Assembly (NCBI GenBank): GCA_965212015.1 | Contig: OZ243037.1 | Span: 1,152,001-1,216,000, forward strand | DNA from: Cenarchaeum sp. | GTDB taxonomy: Archaea; Thermoproteota; Nitrososphaeria; Nitrososphaerales; Nitrosopumilaceae | Direction of reading: 5' to 3' | Length of the DNA stretch: 64,000 nt | In this document: one piece after another, positions 58,677 to 64,000 of the stretch | Layout: each line of letters starts with the position of its first letter | Numbering within the stretch: position 1 is the first letter of the stretch | Notes under the pieces: model-generated | Database searches by the model: none | The model's input: the letters and a program-made list of their open reading frames with translations, nothing else | Told to the model about the DNA's origin: nothing | Translations under genes and position numbers: made by a program

Positions 58677-59138
58677 ATGAATAGAAAAATAATCCTTCCG
58701 CTTTTAGTTATTCTGCTTGTGCCATTCGGGCTTGCGTCAGCGGACAGCCAGGAAAAACTTGATTTTGCCGCAGGCCTCGAGGAGACGCTCTGGCACTTTT
58801 GGGCGCCGGAGCAGAACCTGGATGAGGGAAACGCCCAGCTGGCACTGGTGCATGCGACGCATCCAATTGCAGGGCTGTACGATGCAATAAAGCCGACGCC
58901 GGCCGCATCCGATCCCGCACTTGACTCCAGGGTGCTGCGTGAGATGATAAAATCAGGCGCGCCTGCATCAAAAGTCGACGCACAGATAGACTCTGTCCTA
59001 AAAGAGATCGACGGGGTGGCAGTTGTCCCAGAGTTCGGCGTCGTGGCAGTTATTCTTGCAGTGGCAATAGCCGGCATAATAATAGCTGCCCGCTCAAGAC
59101 CCGGCCTGATTTCAAATCACGTCGAATCCCGCGTTTAA
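58677..59138 (+). CDS. PEFG-CTERM sorting-domain surface protein, apparently internally shortened
   Basis: Signal peptide, EETLWHF and HATHPI motifs, then VPEFG with TM helix and basic residues. Confidence 0.65.
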   Translation: MNRKIILPLLVILLVPFGLASADSQEKLDFAAGLEETLWHFWAPEQNLDEGNAQLALVHATHPIAGLYDAIKPTPAASDPALDSRVLREMIKSGAPASKVDAQIDSVLKEIDGVAVVPEFGVVAVILAVAIAGIIIAARSRPGLISNHVESRV

Positions 59139-59263
59139 CCGGCCAAATTAAGGGCCGCGGCTTTTCTGTGTGCGACGGCTTGTGTAACGATTCGCCGGTT
59201 CCGGATTTTAAAAATCTCATAGTGCAAATCAATGTTTTTTAAGTCACGGCGCATACTAGACGG

Positions 59264-59794
59264 GTGGAAAAAGGGCTGGTCATAGTATACACCGGGGGCG
59301 GAAAGGGAAAGACAACTGCCGCGCTGGGAATGGCGCTGAGGGCCATGGGATACGAGCACAGGGTCTGCATGATTCAGTTCATCAAGGGCTCGTGGCACTA
59401 TGGCGAGGCCGATTCGGCAAAAAAACTGGGGCCGAACTTTGAGCTAATCGCCGCAGGCATGGGGTTTGTGGGCATAATTGACGATCATAGTCCCAAGGAG
59501 GATCACCGGAGGGTGGCCCGGGAGGCAGTGGAGACTAGCCGCAAAAAGATTGCGTCTGGAAAATACAATCTGATCATACTAGACGAGATCAATTACGCGG
59601 TAAACCTGGATCTGATAAAGACAGACGACGTCGTCGACCTGATTAAAGACAGGCCAGCAGGCCTTAATCTGGTCCTTACTGGAAACCATGCAAGGCAGGA
59701 GATAGTCGGGCTTGCGGATCTGGTAACGGAGATGAGGGAGATCAAGCACCCCTACAAATCCGGGATAAAGGCGAGAAAGGGAATAGATTTCTAA
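59264..59794 (+). CDS. cobO: Cob(I)yrinic acid a,c-diamide adenosyltransferase
   Basis: YTGGGKGKTTAA, QFIKG, LDEI and KHPY. Confidence 0.95.
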   Translation: MEKGLVIVYTGGGKGKTTAALGMALRAMGYEHRVCMIQFIKGSWHYGEADSAKKLGPNFELIAAGMGFVGIIDDHSPKEDHRRVAREAVETSRKKIASGKYNLIILDEINYAVNLDLIKTDDVVDLIKDRPAGLNLVLTGNHARQEIVGLADLVTEMREIKHPYKSGIKARKGIDF

Positions 59795-59831
59795 GGCAAC
59801 ATTAAATTACCAAGAAAATTTTTTACAGCCA

Positions 59832-60626
59832 ATGTCCACAGAGATGCAAGAGCTGCCCGAGCAGGGCGAGATTGTCATAGTGACGGTTACAAAAATCATG
59901 GATCACGGCGCGTATGTCACGCTTGACGAGTTCAACGGAATACAGGGGTTCCTTCACGTCTCGGAGATTGCCCCGGGCTGGATAAGATCGGTCAGCAGGT
60001 TCATCAAGGTGGGCGAAAAAAAGGTCCTTCTCGTAAAGAGGGTAAACACCAAAAGATCCGACATCGACCTGTCATTAAAGCAGGTATCCAACGACCAGAA
60101 AAAGAAAAAGATTCTGGAGGTAAAGCGGTACGAAAAGGGCAGGACGCTGCTTGACGGCGTAAAGTCAAGGGCGAATCTTTCAGAGGACGACATGGACAAG
60201 CTCGAGGAAAGCCTGTACTCAAAGTTCGACTCTGTATACGACGCATTCTCGGGGATTGCCAGAAACGGAATCGCCGTGATCGGGGATTTAAAGCTGGCAG
60301 GGGCGACGCTTGCGGCCATAGAGGAGATTTGCTCAAAGATAAAGCTGCCATCAGTCGAAATCCGCGGCATTATGGAGATATCAAGCGGCAGGTCCGACGG
60401 CGTCGAGATAATCAGGGCCGTGCTGCTAGACACGCTAAAAAAGCAAAACGTGACTATAAGCTATCTTGGGGCCCCGAAATACAGGATTTCGGTAACGGCA
60501 GGCGACTTTAAATCGGCAGAGAGGGAGCTAAAGCCGCTAATCGAGCAGATACAAAAGTCCGTCGAAAAGAAAAAGGGCACGTTCCGCTTTACCAGGGAAG
60601 AGTCAAAAAAGACCAGGGAGAACTGA
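59832..60626 (+). CDS. eif2a: Translation initiation factor 2 alpha subunit
   Basis: S1 domain (GAYV.LDE, LHVSEI, IDLSLK) and GAPKY. Confidence 0.95.
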   Translation: MSTEMQELPEQGEIVIVTVTKIMDHGAYVTLDEFNGIQGFLHVSEIAPGWIRSVSRFIKVGEKKVLLVKRVNTKRSDIDLSLKQVSNDQKKKKILEVKRYEKGRTLLDGVKSRANLSEDDMDKLEESLYSKFDSVYDAFSGIARNGIAVIGDLKLAGATLAAIEEICSKIKLPSVEIRGIMEISSGRSDGVEIIRAVLLDTLKKQNVTISYLGAPKYRISVTAGDFKSAERELKPLIEQIQKSVEKKKGTFRFTREESKKTREN

Positions 60627-60781
60627 TGAGGTTCCAGCTGCGAGTCTGCCTAGAGTGCAACGCATACACCCTGAAAGAAAAGTGCCGCCTGTGCGGCGGC
60701 GATACAAAATCCGCCCATCCGGCAAAATTCTCCCCCGATGACCGGTACATGAGATACCGCCTGGCCGAAAGGTACGGCTAG
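60626..60781 (+). CDS. nop10: H/ACA RNP protein Nop10 (not in the ORF track)
   Basis: Manual translation [51 protein letters not shown]; usual position after aIF2-alpha. Confidence 0.93.
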   Translation: MRFQLRVCLECNAYTLKEKCRLCGGDTKSAHPAKFSPDDRYMRYRLAERYG

Positions 60782-62931
60782 GGCTCCGGCGTATAGTCCG
60801 GGTTTACCTTGTAGATCAGCACCGCCGTAATCGGGCCTTGCGTCTCCCTCTCAAAGGAGGCCGACGAGTATGCCAGTGTCAGCGGGCCGGTCCCGTTTAC
60901 GGGATACTTTACGTCCTGCTGGTACACTGCCGTATAGCCCTGCCGGTACGTCTCGGACTGTTGGTTGGTTTCCGCATTGACGTATACCAGCGGCGAGAAG
61001 GCCATCATGTTGCCAAGCAGCGTGTCTTCCCAGAAATGCTTGGTTCCGCTCTGCATGTCAGGATGCAGGTATTTTTCAATCGGCTCCTCCTGTGCAATCC
61101 TGATAAACCACTGCTTTTTGCTCTCGTCTCCGCCGCCTGTAAGGATATACAGCGGAAGCGGATCATTTTGCAGCTTTGTGGCAGCAACAAAGATCAGGAC
61201 ATAGTCTGCCTCCATCTCTTGCAGTATCCTCCACGCCTCGTCCGGACTGGCAAGAAGCATCCTTGCAATTCCCTGTATTGCTATCGTGTCTATGGTGGCA
61301 TTGTCAGCCAGTGTAGTCCTCTCGCCCAGCGTGGTTATCCAGTACCCATAGTCCCACCATGACGCTATGATGGAATCCGGCGGCGTGTTGTTTTTTATCC
61401 ATTCCAGCGTGTCGGGCCAGTCCTGGACTGCAATCCGATAGTTGGTCCCGCCGTTGAGGATGGTGGGCGGAACGTCCGTTGCGCTGACCCAGTTGCCCTG
61501 CGTCGGAATCACCGTCGGGACTACCAGCAGCGCAATGACGACTGCCACAAACGAGATCTTTGTGTACGGGGAGAACGGCTTTATGGACTGTTTTTCCCGT
61601 ATGCGCGGCTTTAGCACCTCCGAGGCGAGAATCGAGAGGCCGATCGACGCAAGTACAATGACGGAGATGGACGCAAACAGCTCCAGCCGGATAAACGCCG
61701 AGCTGATGTACGCCCCGAGTATCCCGATTATCAGCGCAAAGGCAGTCATGTCCGGCGATACCCGCGTGGCGTACCGCTGCAGCGCCTTTTTGTTGTTAAA
61801 GATCAGCCACGCGCCGATTGCCGCAAAGATCATCATGACGGACAAAAAGAAGAACGACTGGGAGAGCGTCGTAGTGGCGTGCTCGGACACCGAATCGACT
61901 AGCGGATCAACTGTGGTAAGAAAGGGGTTGATTGCGTTGAGATACCTAAACGACGGCGCAGTCAGGAACTGCACCACAGAGTTGAGCATAAAGACGGATA
62001 TTCCGGCTGCAATCACGCCGCCCAGAAACACCAGCGTGTTGCGGATTCGCTTTTCCTCGCCGGAGATCCTTTGGACTATCATGCAGGCGGCCAGGCACGC
62101 CGACGATCCTATCATCAGCATGCCTCCGAATCCCGTGACAAACCCGATGCCGGGCCTCTCGGTGTTGGCCACCGCAAGAAGAAAGCTCGCGGCAAATACC
62201 GGTATTGCCCAAAAGAGAAAGTTGAGGTCCTTTCGCAACAGCGGCAGGACCAGTATGAACAGGGCTATGGGCATGACAAAGAACTGGATTCCGCCCCACG
62301 CAGACAGTCCCAGCGCAAGGATCACGCCGCCGCCTATCAGCTTTGGCAGCGCGACTCTTTTGTCCCTCGAGTTTATTCCGCTGAGAAACAGATAGACTGC
62401 AAGCATCCCGTAGAATAGTCCGAGCGGTTCGGACTTGAACCAGCCTATGGTGCCGCGGATCAGGATCGGAGTCGATACTGCAAACAAGAGCGCCGCAAAA
62501 AGGCCCGCCGTCGTGCCGCCCAGCACCCTTACCAGCGCAAAGACTATGATTGCAGTCATGGAGCCAAACACGACAGGAAACAGGATTATAAAGTCATACA
62601 GCGACGAGGAGCCGCCAAAGATAAAGTACGTATACGCCGCAGTGGCGTGCAGTACCACCTGGGATCCGCCCGATACGTTCCTGCCTTTCGGATGCCAGCT
62701 CATGTCGTCGTGCCACGAAAAGTATTCGGCAAACCCGTTGTCCACTATGAACTGCGTCGCCCTATAGTTGAAGAACGGATCAAACTCGTTTAGCTCGTAT
62801 CCGTAATCCGCCGGCTGGGAGCGCAGCATGAAGGAGATCGAGACTGCGGCGGCCAGTATTCCGATGATCAGTAGGTGCTGCAGTCGCAGCTCAAAACCCC
62901 CAATACGGACAAGCCTAACGTTGGATGCCAA
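60778..62931 (-). CDS. aglB: Oligosaccharyltransferase AglB (STT3 family)
   Basis: EFDPFFN, SVSEH, WWDYG and DESK; multi-TM. Confidence 0.95.
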   Translation of the reverse strand: MASNVRLVRIGGFELRLQHLLIIGILAAAVSISFMLRSQPADYGYELNEFDPFFNYRATQFIVDNGFAEYFSWHDDMSWHPKGRNVSGGSQVVLHATAAYTYFIFGGSSSLYDFIILFPVVFGSMTAIIVFALVRVLGGTTAGLFAALLFAVSTPILIRGTIGWFKSEPLGLFYGMLAVYLFLSGINSRDKRVALPKLIGGGVILALGLSAWGGIQFFVMPIALFILVLPLLRKDLNFLFWAIPVFAASFLLAVANTERPGIGFVTGFGGMLMIGSSACLAACMIVQRISGEEKRIRNTLVFLGGVIAAGISVFMLNSVVQFLTAPSFRYLNAINPFLTTVDPLVDSVSEHATTTLSQSFFFLSVMMIFAAIGAWLIFNNKKALQRYATRVSPDMTAFALIIGILGAYISSAFIRLELFASISVIVLASIGLSILASEVLKPRIREKQSIKPFSPYTKISFVAVVIALLVVPTVIPTQGNWVSATDVPPTILNGGTNYRIAVQDWPDTLEWIKNNTPPDSIIASWWDYGYWITTLGERTTLADNATIDTIAIQGIARMLLASPDEAWRILQEMEADYVLIFVAATKLQNDPLPLYILTGGGDESKKQWFIRIAQEEPIEKYLHPDMQSGTKHFWEDTLLGNMMAFSPLVYVNAETNQQSETYRQGYTAVYQQDVKYPVNGTGPLTLAYSSASFERETQGPITAVLIYKVNPDYTPEP

Positions 62932-63023
62932 TTGTTGTTTCAGGTCTGAAACAGCTTAATTACTCTTTTGTAAACCATTGTCATGCATGATCGCACCAGG
63001 ACACAAAATACCCGGCCCCTGTC

Positions 63024-63551
63024 TTGGACTGCGTTGCCCCGGCACGCAGGCGACCATGCCGGGATGGGTGCGAAAAATTTAATTCCGCCCCCGCCGGAGG
63101 TGATGCCTTGTCCGGATTGTACCTTAAAAGCACCGCCTTTGCAGACGGCGGGCAGATACCCAGAATGCACGGGTACAACAATGGAAATCACATCCCGCCG
63201 CTGTCAGTCGGCGGGGTCCCCCAGGGATCCGAGTCGCTGGCCCTGATAGTAGACGATCCAGACGCCCTAAAGGCGGTGGGAAAAGTCTGGGTGCACTGGA
63301 TTGCATGGAACATTCCGCCCGGCGCGTCCAGAATCGAACAGTCCGCCTGTGTGGAGGGCACGACGGACTTTGGCAAGGCCGGATACGGAGGGCCCGCCCC
63401 GCCTGACAAAAGACACACGTACTCCTTTAGGCTGTACGCGCTGGACTGCATGCTGGAGCTTGCCCATAGCGCACACAAGACCGATCTGGAGGAGGCCATG
63501 CGGGGACACATTATACAGCAGGCAGTCCTGTATGGAACATATGATCCGTAG
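63024..63551 (+). CDS. YbhB/YbcL (PEBP) family protein; true start probably ~63107
   Basis: DDPDA, WVHW, GYGGPAPP and H.Y.F.LYALD. Confidence 0.92.
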   Translation: MDCVAPARRRPCRDGCEKFNSAPAGGDALSGLYLKSTAFADGGQIPRMHGYNNGNHIPPLSVGGVPQGSESLALIVDDPDALKAVGKVWVHWIAWNIPPGASRIEQSACVEGTTDFGKAGYGGPAPPDKRHTYSFRLYALDCMLELAHSAHKTDLEEAMRGHIIQQAVLYGTYDP

Positions 63552-63653
63552 CGTCCGGATCTGCTAATCATTAGATGCGCCGCAGGAATTGACGACAAGA
63601 GTGCGGCATTGCAGTTTTTCTGCCTGCGCCTTTTCCAGGAGGCGCGGTTTTTC

Positions 63654-64000
63654 TCAGCCCTCCAGGATTATGCGATCGTTTGCAACTGACAGCACGGAAC
63701 CTCCGGCGCCTTTCACCCTGCCTTTTAGCTCCGCGTCCATCGTGGCCACGATTCCGCCGTGCTTTTTTATGTAATCCAGTATTGCGGCGTCTGCAAAGTC
63801 GCCGGTGATTGCGATTCCCGCAAGGCCTCCGGCATAGTCAAGCGCCGATGCGGCACGGGCGGCCTTTTTGGAATCGCCCGAAAGCCGTTCTAGCTCCCGC
63901 AGGACTGCTGCGGGCACGGCATAGTCGAGATTTCCGATCTCCGTTTGGATTCTGGCAGTGTTTTTTATCCGGGTGTTTGCAACGTGCATCAGAAAGCTTG
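63654..64000 (-). CDS. PIN-domain protein (Fcf1/Utp24-like), 5' end outside the window
   Basis: VP.AVLREL, ADAAI and VATMDAELK. Confidence 0.85.
   Translation of the reverse strand, partial: SFLMHVANTRIKNTARIQTEIGNLDYAVPAAVLRELERLSGDSKKAARAASALDYAGGLAGIAITGDFADAAILDYIKKHGGIVATMDAELKGRVKGAGGSVLSVANDRIILEG

Noticed and set aside
14700-64000. Numerous long antisense/overlapping ORFs (e.g. 53364-54437, 54789-55733, 61442-62395)
   Set aside because: Shadow frames of well-supported GC-rich genes with no independent motifs.

Overview
Archaeal chromosomal window from an ammonia-oxidising Nitrososphaerota (Thaumarchaeota) member, most like Nitrosopumilaceae. Its fairly GC-rich core and IS debris fit a Cenarchaeum-like or host-associated lineage (inference). 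From ~14.7 to 64 kb it is ordinary core genome: heme-copper oxidase cluster, his operon, HMG-CoA reductase, grpE-dnaK-dnaJ, RPA, Lhr, RadA paralog, Sm, MetK, cobalamin genes, aIF2-alpha, Nop10, AglB and three tRNAs. Bases 1 to ~14.6 kb are an accessory region ending at tRNA-Lys(CTT) and an adjacent tyrosine integrase. It holds a partial OLD/AAA_15-like ATPase, IS remnants, a methyltransferase, the 1667-aa S-layer protein and two very basic repeat proteins. It also holds a 2.2-kb, probably non-coding, highly organised block (10.5-12.7 kb), the most unusual feature of the window. That block has three homologous hairpin-rich units with compensatory changes and + strand G-U pairs. They are interleaved with satellite-like arrays that share one spacing grammar (9-mers plus 4/5-nt spacers, mostly 54-bp period) while their sequence drifts. 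One inverted copy of the array motif lies upstream of the basic repeat-protein gene. All calls come from reading the sequence; no database searches were run.
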